A DNA stretch of 63,472 bases, filler included, from Rhabdomonas costata (taxonomy: Eukaryota), in NCBI GenBank assembly GCA_019059605.1. It is 39 parts of 39 records of this genome, joined end to end, with 100 filler letters (N's around TTAATTAATTAA, not from the genome) between each part and the next. Parts side by side here need not be neighbours in the genome. Positions count along the whole stretch, not along the records: positions 52,162 to 53,691 come from JAHMHO010013699.1; positions 53,792 to 55,321 come from JAHMHO010013700.1; positions 55,422 to 56,951 come from JAHMHO010013701.1; positions 57,052 to 58,582 come from JAHMHO010013702.1; positions 58,683 to 60,212 come from JAHMHO010013703.1; positions 60,313 to 61,842 come from JAHMHO010013704.1; positions 61,943 to 63,472 come from JAHMHO010013705.1; 32 more parts are not named here. One strand, written 5' to 3'. Position numbers and translations under genes: made by a program. Within the stretch, counting starts at the first letter, position 1. Every line of letters begins with the position of its first letter. The notes under the pieces were generated by a model. It did not search any database. It was not told the origin of the DNA and worked only from the letters and a program-made list of their open reading frames with translations. Shown here piece after piece: positions 52,162-63,472 of the stretch.

Positions 52162-53691
52162 GGGGGTGGGGTGTGAAAGCCGACACAAAATCAGCGAGAC
52201 GTTCCTTTTTAAAGCGTTTGCATTCATTATCGCAATCCCATAACTTTGTGGTCCTGTCTGCACTGCCGGAGACAATGTGCTTGTCGTCCCAAGTCACGGC
52301 CACGGCTCTTATGGGAGAAGTGTGTCCCAAAAGCGTGCGCTCTTCCATTCCAGTGTCCAGGTTCCATACCTTGATGGTCTTGTCCTCACTACCGCTGAAT
52401 ATGTAATTTCCGTTCGATGTCACAGCCACAGCTCTGACTGATGCTGTATGTCCCTCAAGGGTACGCTCCTCCTTCCCGGAATCAAGATTCCACACCTTGA
52501 TGGTGCTGTCGAAACTGCCGCTCACAATGTACTTGTTGTCTGATGTCACCGCCACGGCATTGATGAAAGACGTGTGCCCCAAAAGCCTACGCTCCTCCTT
52601 TCCGGTGTTCAGGTTCCACACCTTGATTGTCTTGTCCTCACTGCCGCTGACGATGTACCTGTTGTCTGATGTTACCGCCACGGATCTAACGGGAGAAGTG
52701 TGCCCCACAAGCGTGCGCTCCTCCTTCCCAGTAACTAGATTCCAAATCTTGATAGCACTGTCCGCACTTCCGCTGACAATGTACTTGCTGTCTGATGTGA
52801 CGACCACCGTATAGATCGAAGAGGTGTGTCCCACAAGGGTCCGCTCCTCCTTTCCGGTGTTCAGGTTCCACACCTTGATGGTCTTGTCCTCACTGCCACT
52901 GACAATGTGCTTGCTTTCCGACGTCACAGACACGGCATTGACGGACCCGGCGTGTCCCAGAAGCGTACGCTCCTCCTTCCCAGTGTTCAGGTTCCATACC
53001 TTGATGGTACTGTCGAAACTGCCGCTGACAACATGGTTGCTGTCTGGTGTCACCGCAACAGCATTGACGGAAGAACTGTGCCCCTCGAGGGTGCGCTCCT
53101 CCTTTCCGGTTTCCAGATTCCACACTTTAATGGTCTTGTCCTCACTGCCGCTGACAATGCACTTGCTGTCTGATGTCACGGTGACAGCATTGATGAAAGA
53201 AGTGTGTCCCACAAGTTTGTGCTCCTCCTTTCCAGTATCCAGGTTCCATACCTTGATGGTCTTGTCTGCACTGCCAGAGACAATGTACTTGCTGTCCGAC
53301 GTCACCACCACGGTATTGACGGAAGAAGTGTGCCCCACAAGCGTGCGCTCCTCCTTTCCAGTTTCCAGGTTCCACACTTTGATCGTCTTGTCTGCACTGC
53401 CGGAGACAATGTACTTGTCATCTGGCGTCACGGCCACGGCTTTTACGGGAGAAGTATGTCCCTCAAGCGTACGCTCCTCCTTTCCTGTATCCAGGTTCCA
53501 TACCTTGATGGTGCTGTCCGAACTACAACTGACAATGTACTTGTCATCCGACGTTAGAGACACGGCATTCACGGGAGGAGCGTGACCCACTAGCGTACGC
53601 TCCTCCTTCCCGGAATCAAGATTCCACACCTTAATGGTGCTGTCGAAACTTCCGCTCACAATGTACTTGTTGTCTGATGTCACCACACACC
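52162..53691 (-). CDS. WD40 tandem-repeat protein, 12 near-identical 42-aa repeats, intron-free fragment
   Basis: Open frame across the whole contig. Unit TLxGHTSxVNAVAVTSDxKYIVSGSxDxTIKVWNLxTGKEER with a 126-bp period. Confidence 0.97.
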
Positions 53692-53888
53692 NNNNNNNNN
53701 NNNNNNNNNNNNNNNNNNNNNNNNNNNNNNNNNNNTTAATTAATTAANNNNNNNNNNNNNNNNNNNNNNNNNNNNNNNNNNNNNNNNNNNNGGTTGTTTT
53801 GATTGCGAATGGTTTGTTTGTGTTGTTTGTTCGAAGTTAGCAGGGATGCCGGAAGTGCAGTTGTGACCGCTTCCTGTTCCTTTCTTAG

Positions 53889-55148
53889 GGGCCAGCGCAG
53901 AGCGCATCCTGAACTCCTTCGCAAAGCTCGACGAGTGGGACTTCGACGTGTTCACCCTGGAGAAGGACAGCCACGGCGACGCCCTGATGCTCACCACCTC
54001 CGCCCTCCTGTTCAAGTATGGCCTGGTGAAGCACTTTAACCTGGACCAGACCATCCTGGTCAATTTCCTGCAGGTGAGTTTCGTTGCCTGTATGGCTGTA
54101 TGGGAGGGACGGAGGAGGGGCTGGAGACGGTGCGTCCGACGGATCCTTCGGGAACTACTTATCGACCTATCGGTGGAAAGGGTCCGGATTCCGGTCCGAA
54201 TTCATCTGGTGTTACAGCAAAGAATTCTTATGCTAGTGACATCTCTTATTTTCATCCGTATTTGGGGTCCTTGCCATCTGCATTTCTTCTTTCTGCCCCT
54301 CTGTCTCCAAAATCCAATGTCAGCACACTGGCGATGGACCTAGCCGTTCCCATTCACGATGGTTTATTGATCCACCATTCTGGTGCAAATGAATTGTCAG
54401 TGTTTTTGTGCTGGAAGGAAGTAGCGAGCCAGCGAGTCAGTGGGTGCACTGCGTCATTGCGATGAGACCATCCCTCGCATACCTCATGCTACTCCCTGCT
54501 ACCGTGTTTTAAGGGTGTCAGTGGATCGCTTTGTATTTTGTCGTACTTTCACGTACTTAAACGCTGTGCTTTTCTCTCTCGCCCAGGCTATCCAGAGCGC
54601 GTACCACCCGAACCCCTACCACAACTCCACCCACGCGGCAGATGTACTGCAGATCACGCACTACATCATTGAGCCGGGTGGCCTGAAGCAGGTCAGAGGG
54701 GCTGTGTGTGTTAGGCCGTAGCTCGGGGGCGCTTCGGTTGCAACGACAGCGTTTTTGGAGGCCGCTCTTCAGATGAGGAACCCCGTCCCCACGTGCTGTG
54801 CCATGATTTGATTTCGAAGTTATTGCACAAAACTGTGACTAAGCGAATCATGACATTAATAAAATTACGTCAGAATTGAAATTGAATTTCAATCCTTGCC
54901 CACCCGAGCAGAGGTTCCTTTTTGTTCGGTGCGGATGCGGATATGGGGCTGTGACATTCTCTTTGCTCTTCTGCACCCTTCTGTGCAGGCACTCGTTTTT
55001 AATATTTCATAATGCGGTCATTCTTGCATTCAGTTTATTTTCCCTTCCGACTTCTTTTCCTTCTTTTCGTGCTCAGGTGCTCAACATGACCCCCTGCGAC
55101 TGCCTCGCCAGTCTCTTGGCGGCCGCCATCCATGACTATGACCACCCG
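53889..55148 (+). CDS. Class I 3',5'-cyclic nucleotide phosphodiesterase catalytic domain (exons 53889-54073, 54587-54691, 55077-55148)
   Basis: LDEWDFDVF, NPYHNSTHAADVLQ and LAAAIHDYDHP signature motifs, joined by phase-0 GT-AG introns. Confidence 0.96.
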
Positions 55149-56195
55149 GTATCTGCCAAACCCGCTTCTTCAACACCCTATCTGCTGGAAGGAGTTGAGA
55201 CTTGATCTGCAGAGCACATTTTTCGAAATAAGAAGGAGAGATTTTGAGACCCCAGAACGAGTCCTTTCCACTTCATACGTCGTGTTCAACTTTTTTCCTG
55301 CCACAGGGCTTCAACACCCCCNNNNNNNNNNNNNNNNNNNNNNNNNNNNNNNNNNNNNNNNNNNNTTAATTAATTAANNNNNNNNNNNNNNNNNNNNNNN
55401 NNNNNNNNNNNNNNNNNNNNNTTCTGCTGCTGATCGAGCCTTCTGCCGATGTCGTCGCTCCGAGCTTCCGGTGTCTCATTTGCCCCCCCCCTCTCACTTC
55501 GTCTGCGTGATTTTTCGGATGATTCTGAGGATCTAAGCAGAGGCTGATAGGTTACCCAGCTACGGCTATGCAACAGTTCAACCTGCAGCTGAGAATGCTT
55601 TTGGCCCACCAGCAGAATGGGACCGGACCACGCTTCCAGGCCATTCCAAACCTTTTTGGTTTGAGTAATTCAGTGCCGTTTGCGCCGAAAACTCCTGTTG
55701 GCAAAACCCTTAAACGTCGGAAAAAGTGCACCCGTTTCAAAACTTAACTTGTGAGTCTTGATGCCACATCACCATCAAAGAAGTAACCCTCAGTAACTGG
55801 TTTACATCTCGCACTTCTGTCCGTAGGGATAGAAACAGAGCCTCTACATTGCTCGCTCTTTTTGTTTCTGAGGTAATGAACCCGTTGACAGCTGTTCTCT
55901 GCTTTTTTTCACTCCTTGGATTCTGCCTTGGGCCAGTCCAGTCTTGTCATTGCTTATCGGTAGCCGGTTAGTGGTTAGCGGTAACAGTCCTTTTGGGGGT
56001 GGGGGTCTCGTAGGGCGGACTTTCGCGACTTTGTGGTCGCGGGATACAGCAGCACCACGGCATGCCCCTTGGTGCGTGCCCCACCGCGGGCTTCAGCTCT
56101 CACCGGCTCGGCCGCGATCCATGTCGAAGAGCTTCCCCGCCCTGAGGCCGCTGCGGTGCTTCAACGGTGCGCACCCACGCAAGCTGCTCTGTGTG

Positions 56196-56228
<33 letters not shown>

Positions 56229-57245
56229 GTCAGTGCCACGGTAGTAAGGAGAAGATGACCTGAGGATCCCAGGCATTCGAAGAGAGCCCACCGAGCTTTC
56301 TTCACACTGGGTGGAACACAGAGGGTTGGAGCTCCCTAGAACCGCGGCTTAATGCACCATTGAAGTTTCCCGGCAACCTCCGCAGCAGCGGAGAGGTGAT
56401 CCGTTCCCTGAGAAGTGGCCAGGCAGCGGGAGAGTATTTGAAATCCCGCTGCAGGCAGAAAAGACCTCCACCAAATCCAGCCTTGTGAACGTTGTGTGTG
56501 TGTGCGCGTGTGTCTGGCCTTTCGGCCATTTTTTTGGGGGGGGGGGGTTAAGTCTCAACATGCGCAGATTTAGTGGATGGTTGCCCGGTTTGCGGGGGTT
56601 GGGCTGTGCCCAGCAGCATGTGCGTGTGCGTTCTGCCCACTCAAGATTCAGGAATAGAAGGACAGCCAGTATGTTGACCACCATGACTCGATGGTTAGAA
56701 ACTTCTACTGGACCAAAGGCTCATCACCTGCACAAACAAAAAGCGATTGCCCCCAATTCACGACCTGCGAATACCCCTTACCTCTGCAAAGAGATGCCTC
56801 GTTGCACCCAAAACCGAATCAAACAAAAACAACAAAACGATCCGCCCCCCTCCTATAATGACGTGATTGATGTCAGTCAAATGTAATCAGAAAAAACACC
56901 CAAACGGAACAACAGATAAAATGGAAACCAATTGCAATCCTCCCCCCACAANNNNNNNNNNNNNNNNNNNNNNNNNNNNNNNNNNNNNNNNNNNNTTAAT
57001 TAATTAANNNNNNNNNNNNNNNNNNNNNNNNNNNNNNNNNNNNNNNNNNNNGTCGTGGTGTGTAGCTGTATCGGTTGTGCTTGGGGTGTCATCGCTGTGT
57101 TGGGAACTTCGAATGTGAGTATGCGTGAGGATGTGATGTTAGTGTGGGCTTGCATGTGTTGCGTGTTGCTAGGTGTGGGTGGTTTGCTTGGGTTTGGTTC
57201 CTCCGTTGTCTGCGCACAAGGCTCCATTTGTCTGTTTGTTTGTTC

Positions 57246-57295
57246 GTTGGTTGGTTGATTGGTTGGTTGGTTGGTTGGTTGGTTGGTTGGTTGGT
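57246..57295 (+). repeat. (GGTT)n microsatellite
   Basis: About 12 units with one variant. Confidence 0.93.
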
Positions 57296-59234
57296 AGTAA
57301 GCGCAAATTGACGTGGAACCTTGCGCACAATAAGCCGCATTTTATCTGGTGCCTTCCGACTGTATTGCAATGTATTGGGCTGGTTTTCTTCTGAGGTTTT
57401 TTGCCGGCCCTTTTCTTGGCTCTGAAATTGTGTCACGGAACCTCCAAAATTTCAAATACACTTCATGGCAATACCAAACCAGTTCTTACCAAGACACCCC
57501 TTTGCCCGACGTTTGAAAGTGATCACTGCCAGACTCTCCCGGAAAATCTGGGGTATCGCCTTTTAAACACTGGTTTGAGTAGGTGTTTGAATTCACCCAC
57601 CGCCTTTTCCAGGGGTTATGCGCCGATGCACATCTTGTTTTCGGCGGGAAAGGTGGGGATATAGGGAATCATGCCTTGGAAACTCGATAGGATTATTTTA
57701 GCGCGACTTGGCGCGGCGGAAGCCCCCACAGAAGCCCCAACGCCCTTTCTCAACCCGGAAAACGCACTACTCACTACAAAAGGGTTTTTTTGAGCAAAAA
57801 TAGCGGAGAACAGCCAAAGACACGGGGAAAGAGCAAGAGGGTGCAAGAGGCTCAGGCGCCGGGGGCCTAAGGAGAAAAAAGGCAACGGGTGCAGTGCAGA
57901 AAAAGCAGCGTTGGTCCAGGGGATTGGCCGGAAAAGACATTTGGCGAAAGGAAGTTTCGTTCGGGGGAAATGTGGGTGGAAGTGTGTGTTGTGGGAATAT
58001 GCGTTTGTGGGCTTGGAGTGGTCCATGGCCGGGGGAATGCAACACCGGGTATCCTGGAATTGTGTTTTTTTACTCGCGCAAGTTTTTGCCCCATTTTTTT
58101 TGGACTCAGGAATAGAATCGGTTTCTGACATTGGGAGGTCCGGGTGTGGTGGAAACTTCGAGGCCAAAGCAGAAGGCAAAAAAGGGACAGTCGACGAGGA
58201 AGGAGGAAACAGAGCAAACAAAAGGGGGGCAACGGAAAATACAGAGGCAAAAACGGCACTCTGCGCCGGCCGCGCAAAAATAAAAGGTAAAGAGCAGGAA
58301 AGCGGGGAAGAGGAAAGGAGCAAGAATGCAGATCAGCAAAGGCGCCAGGAAACAAGCGGATTAGGAAAAACGACCGCATGCCGGCAAAAATTTCGCTTTT
58401 TGATGACAGCTCGCAGGCTGGCTGTTAGCGTTTCCGTGAGGCACCGAATAAACGGGAAAGCAGTCTTTACAGTCCAATATTTTCACCGCAAAAAAATTCG
58501 TCATCGCTGGTTTGTTGTCAAAGTCTATTAAAAAAAGACCGCTTCAGAAGTTCGAAAGTCGGTACATGCCGTCCCCACCACANNNNNNNNNNNNNNNNNN
58601 NNNNNNNNNNNNNNNNNNNNNNNNNNTTAATTAATTAANNNNNNNNNNNNNNNNNNNNNNNNNNNNNNNNNNNNNNNNNNNNTGTGTCGGGAGTGTTTGG
58701 GGTTTTTGGGACCCACCATGCAATCGTCTGCTACTCACCACAAAGAAGACGATTGCATGGTGGGTTCCAAAAATAGGGCAAAAACAGCCCAAAATGAGGG
58801 GGAAACATGACTTAGGGGTCATTGTGAGTAGAAGCTGACTGTTTTCGAGACTCTTTTTGAGATTCCTTCATATCAGGGGGAGACAGACAGACAGCGGGCG
58901 AAGTTTTGTATGCGAGAATTCGAAGTATTGTCTTTCTTTTCCCACACACACACATAGTGATGGCCCCTTTTTAAATCGAGTTTGTCAATTACCCTATGCA
59001 AAAATTGGCACCTAAAAGTACGTGCCCTTAAGAATGCTAAGCAGCCCGGAATGCAGGAGTGCATAGGTCAATTCAAGCCGGCTCCCCCGGTTCTGGGTGG
59101 CCCCTGGCAACTGGCACAGCCCGGAGGCGGACGGCCGAGAATAAATCGGCGCTGCTTGCCCAACAATTGTGAAAAATATAAATTGCTTGCGAGCGAGCGC
59201 CCCACTCAGGCGAAGAGAACAGGCATACAGGGAC

Positions 59235-60016
59235 CGGCGCAGCAGTCCGTGATGTTGCATGTCGTGGAAGCGCAGACTGTGCTGGAGCTCTTCGCGGTGT
59301 ACCCCAAGGGGCAGCCCAAAGAGCACTGGCCGAGAAAGGAGGCACAGGTCGTCGGCACTGAAAGATAAGGGGAAAGGCAGTGGAGACCAGGGCACAAACC
59401 TGAATTGAGGGAAGTGAACTTGCAACCTTTTAGCTTTCGCTTTCCCGTCCGCATACACAGTGGCAATTCGAGAAAGAAAAAACCTAGCAACTGAGCTGCG
59501 CAGGTGAACGAGGATTGCACGGGAAGTGATTTTAGGGGGAAGGGACACGGAAGCAGATTATGGAGATGCAAAGGAAGCAGAAGGGACATATGCCCAAGTG
59601 ATAACGCCGTTTCACAGCGCCACAGCCCGGAGAAAAAGCTCAAAATGTAAGAGCGGCAGAGGGACAAGGGCGCCAGGGCAAGGGAAACCTGTGCAGCAGT
59701 CCGAGGCCGTGCAGGTGTCCGAGGCGCAAACAGTAGAGAGCGGCTTCGTAACCGCGCTGGAGTTACAAGCAAAGCCGAAGCCACAGGACGAGCTCCCGAT
59801 GCCACCGCAGGTGGGGTTCGCTGCAAACAAGAGGGTAAAAGGGTAAAAAGCGGGTAAAAGGATATAATCCACTGTCCACCCCCCACTTCTCGCCTCACCC
59901 ATACATACGGATGCAGCAGTCGGTGAGGTTGCAGGTAGAAGAGCTGCACTGGGCATAGGGAAACCCAGCATGGTACCCCTTGGGGCAGATCACCCCACTC
60001 CCGCAAGTGGGACACG
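59235..60016 (-). CDS. Cys-rich repeat surface/secreted protein (exons 60016-59909, 59820-59689, 59357-59235)
   Basis: Three phase 1-1 exons of 108, 132 and 123 nt, each ending C-x3-TC-x3-DCC. Confidence 0.75.
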
Positions 60017-62105
60017 CTGCAAAAAAAGGAAGGCACACCACAAATCTACAAAACAACAACTACAAAAGAAGAGATTCTAGAAAACGGAACTCTGAGAAGC
60101 TCACAAGGGCATCGGGGTGGGCAAAGTCAGGGCGTCAGCTTGCGCAACAGGGCAGCCCTACGTTCGTTCAGTGCCTCAATGGCCTGTCGCATTTCTTTTT
60201 TTGTGGTGGGCGNNNNNNNNNNNNNNNNNNNNNNNNNNNNNNNNNNNNNNNNNNNNTTAATTAATTAANNNNNNNNNNNNNNNNNNNNNNNNNNNNNNNN
60301 NNNNNNNNNNNNGGTGGGTGGGCTAAAGTCGCTTTTGGTACGCCTCCGTTTGGTCAGAAGCGACTTTAGCCCATTATTTCACCCCAAATAGAGACCCATT
60401 GTTTGTGCTCTGACTGCACGTTGCCCCCATGGCTCCGGTCTTTTTGTGCGGTGCCTGCGATACATCGCGTGTGGATCGGTGCTGCATGTGCTTGTGACCT
60501 GACTGTGTCATTGAGGCCGGGTTGCCCGTCAAGGTGTGCAAAGTCATCTTCAGGATGAACTGATGCCTCAGGCTTCGCTCCATTTCGCGAATGGACTTGT
60601 TGAATAATTGGGCTTTGATTAGCCAATTTGTTAAGACGGACAAATTGAAGCCGCTGTATTGAGCTTCATACTTAGGCTGGCAAGTGCAACAGTTAAGTCG
60701 TTAACTTGGATATCCTCGTAATCTCGTGTGCTTTGGTCGCTGATGGTAGTAGTTGGTGTGTTGGTTCACTTGCTGTGAGTTTGTCGCTTGTGTTGTGTTT
60801 TCGTATGGTGTGACGTTGGTGGTTGTTGTTTGTAGGGCTCGGTTTGTTTTTGTTGTTGTTTGTGTGCATGAACTTGGCTGTTGGAAGGTTGAGCTTGGTT
60901 TTCGTGTTTGGACATGTGTCGATAGATATTGCTGTGTAGGTTGGTTGCTGTGTTGTTGTTGTTGTTGGTGGTGGTGTTGGAGTTGCTTCTTGAGTTGTGG
61001 TTGATGTTGGTGTGGTTGACTTGTGATCGCGGTCATTGGCAATGTTTCAAGTTTTGCTACGATGTTGGTGTTTCATTGTAGACGTCATTTATGATGTACA
61101 ATGAAGCTTCTTGTGGATAAGTTCAGAAAAACAATAACGGGTACCTCTACGCAACACCTCTTACGGCCGCCACTTCCGCTCAACTCAAGGTTTCGAAATA
61201 GCTGTCAGTTTCCTGTGTATTACATGATTGGTTTAGCGGTAAATTTCAACGCCTGTATGACATCGTATCACTGATCTAACCAACAAAACTTACGCAATAA
61301 AGCAGGTCGTCTATCGGTGAGTCAATGCAACTTAGCGCGTAAATCAACACTTGATGTTCATGGTAATAGTGGCAGGAGTCAAGTCATGTCATAACGCCAC
61401 AGTTATGCTAAGGTGGTGTGGTATCCACTTGTGTACATAATCACACAGTAGTGCTGGGTGGGTGAACTGCACTAGGCGTGCAAAACGTGCTGCATGGGAC
61501 AATAAACCAACTCAACACACTCGAGAGGCAAAGTGATTGAGGTGATGTGATTGTGATTACAGGTGATGGTAGTGAAATTTACTATCACTCTACAAACACT
61601 ACCAGAATCATGAACTCGACGTTGGTGGCTGATGTGGCTGGTTACCGGTAATGACAGCTAAATTATATGATGCCATATGATAATAACACCGTACGCTTAG
61701 TGTCAATGACATTGTTTCTGTTACTTACACCAGCCAACACTTAACACAGCAAGATTTGATGCCAATTGTGGTGCTACTGTTGTGGTAGTGGTAGTAAGTG
61801 AAAGGACCAGTTTATAAGATGACAGGATGCCAAAACCAAACCNNNNNNNNNNNNNNNNNNNNNNNNNNNNNNNNNNNNNNNNNNNNTTAATTAATTAANN
61901 NNNNNNNNNNNNNNNNNNNNNNNNNNNNNNNNNNNNNNNNNNCTGCTCCCTGACCCCCCCCCCCCCATTTTGTGTTTTCTTGTGTGCTTTCACCTTATCC
62001 GTACGGCACCAGCAAACTGTTCGGTGTTGAGGTCTCAAGGTGGTGGTTTGCCCCCCCCCCCGAACCTGAACTATGGACTAGGCCTTTCTGCCCGTCACCC
62101 CTCAG

Positions 62106-62924
62106 GTCTTCACGGGGGACGCCTCCATCCCCATCGCCTCCATTTACTCCGTCTCCGGCACTAGCAACCGGCTCATCTTGTACACCAAGAACGGCCAGAC
62201 ATACAGCTGTGGGCTGCGGGACGAGGTCGACGTCGAGGTGGCGTGCAGGAGGCTCCGCGATGTCTTTCTGCCGTTCGCGTACACCTATTTTGCGACCCCA
62301 CTCCGAGGTCTCCGTGCGCACCCGCTCAGCTCGTTTGTTTGTTCGTTTGTTGAGGTCCGTCACAAAAAGAGATGGCTTTCTTTGTTTTCCTTCTAAGAGG
62401 TAAAGCCTTCTGAGAACCGGTGCTTTAATTCACAAGCATCCTTACAAGCTCAACCTTCAAGCCTATTGCGTCATTTGTTTAGAATGAAAGAAAGACCCTA
62501 GATACTTCACCTTCTGCCACCGAGGGATAGATGCACACGTACATCCGATGCAGAGCCCTTGAAAAGGGGGGATGAAGAAACTTTCATAACTTTCCTTTGG
62601 TGCTGGTTCAACCCGAGGAAGGGGGGCTCGGGAACCGCAGCTATGTGCCGCGTTGCTCCCACTACGAGTCTTCTTCGCAAGACGCCGCAATATTTTGCGT
62701 GACGATATTGCAGAAGATGTGGCTTGAGCCATGTAGGGCTGCCCATCCGTCCCACTCCGCTGTACCGATACGACCCTGTGGCCGTCTTTGGCGCCATGGG
62801 GGTGGTGGATGACCCCTCCTGCCCGTGGAAGGTGGACACGGAGATCAACCGGGACTACGCGCTTTGCCGCAGCTACCCCAGTGTGCTCTGCATACCCCGG
62901 GCAGCCGACACCGCCACCCTGCAG
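62106..62924 (+). CDS. Myotubularin-related phosphoinositide phosphatase, PH-GRAM/N-terminal region (exons 62106-62307, 62737-62924)
   Basis: SIPIASIYSV..LILYTKN, LPFAY, YDPVAVFGAMGV, WKVDTEINRDYALCRSYPSVLCIP match the MTMR motif WR.S.IN..Y.LC.TYP..L.VP. Confidence 0.88.
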
Positions 62925-63472
62925 GTGAGGACATGCTCTCTCTCTCTCTCTTCGCTCCCGTTTCTGCGCTCGCTTGGGTTCGCTTGGCATCGGTGTTATG
63001 GATGGGGCTCTTTCCGCCGGATGGGTCGATCCAACCGCTGCATATTTGGGCAAGGGCCGCAGCTGGTGGCGACCCCCTCTGTTCTTGGTGTGGGACCGCT
63101 CATGCAAATGAGTACAGGATTTTCATGCCCACAATCTCGACAAAAGGAACGGCTTCAGAACCGAAACCTGTAATATCGTTGTGATTGTGTCGTTCCCTTC
63201 CCCTTGCGCTTCATCCCCGCCTTCTGTTTTTTTCCCATGCTACTGTACTGTTGTGTTTTCGAGCCGTTGCTGCAGCAATCGTACAATCCAGAGTGACAAG
63301 TCAGTCATGAAAGCTGCAGCAGATCGTTAATTCTCACGTGCTGTCCCGAGGAAACCCCGACACGCCCGAAACCTTACTGTGGGGCTTACAGTGGGTCCAT
63401 TCGCCGACCCCTGCCCCTGGTTATCAGCCTTGGATCCCTTTACTTCAAACTAACTCTCGCGAACCAAAAAAC

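Noticed and set aside
52173..53585. Long plus-strand ORFs (e.g. 52824-53585, 253 aa)
   Set aside because: Antisense shadows of the WD40 repeat gene.
57616..58531. Overlapping 170-235 aa ORFs on both strands
   Set aside because: Purine/pyrimidine-skewed low-complexity DNA lacking stops; no motifs or exon-like codon bias.
1533..61942. Regularly spaced identical TTAATTAATTAA motif suggesting a CRISPR-like array
   Set aside because: It is embedded in N runs and is a six-frame-stop assembly linker.
1..63472. Gene clustering or an operon-like novel system across the window
   Set aside because: Contigs are unlinked and ordered by length, so adjacency has no biological meaning.

Overview
This window is not a continuous locus. 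It is 39 unrelated contigs of about 1,530 bp each, joined by 38 artificial 100-bp linkers (44 N + TTAATTAATTAA + 44 N, stops in all six frames), so gene neighbourhood across linkers means nothing. The DNA is nuclear DNA of an intron-dense eukaryote. Short GC-rich exons are separated by GT-AG introns with very degenerate donors, and most ORFs in the supplied track are spurious or run across introns. Gene content and intron style suggest a euglenozoan protist, probably a euglenid (inference). Most contigs start with G/T-only bases and end with C/A-only bases, which points to whole-genome amplification with G/T-only primers. By splicing exons by eye I recognise fragments of a ULK4/RUNKEL-like protein, an HMG-box protein, a divergent eIF4E, a GST, insulysin, an ankyrin protein, a class III adenylate/guanylate cyclase, a TRP-like channel, Raptor, a RING-H2 ligase, a SPRY protein, an intron-free WD40 tandem array, a class I phosphodiesterase, myotubularin and two Cys-rich surface proteins. 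There are also two decayed Tc1/mariner (rosa/DD41D-like) copies and a probable non-LTR retrotransposon relic. I see no multi-gene novel system. The best leads are an eIF4E lacking its cap-binding residues whose intron ends base-pair, a HET-E-like WD40 array, one-exon-one-repeat Cys modules, non-canonical splice sites and a 96-bp hairpin. All family calls come from recalled motifs, not database searches.
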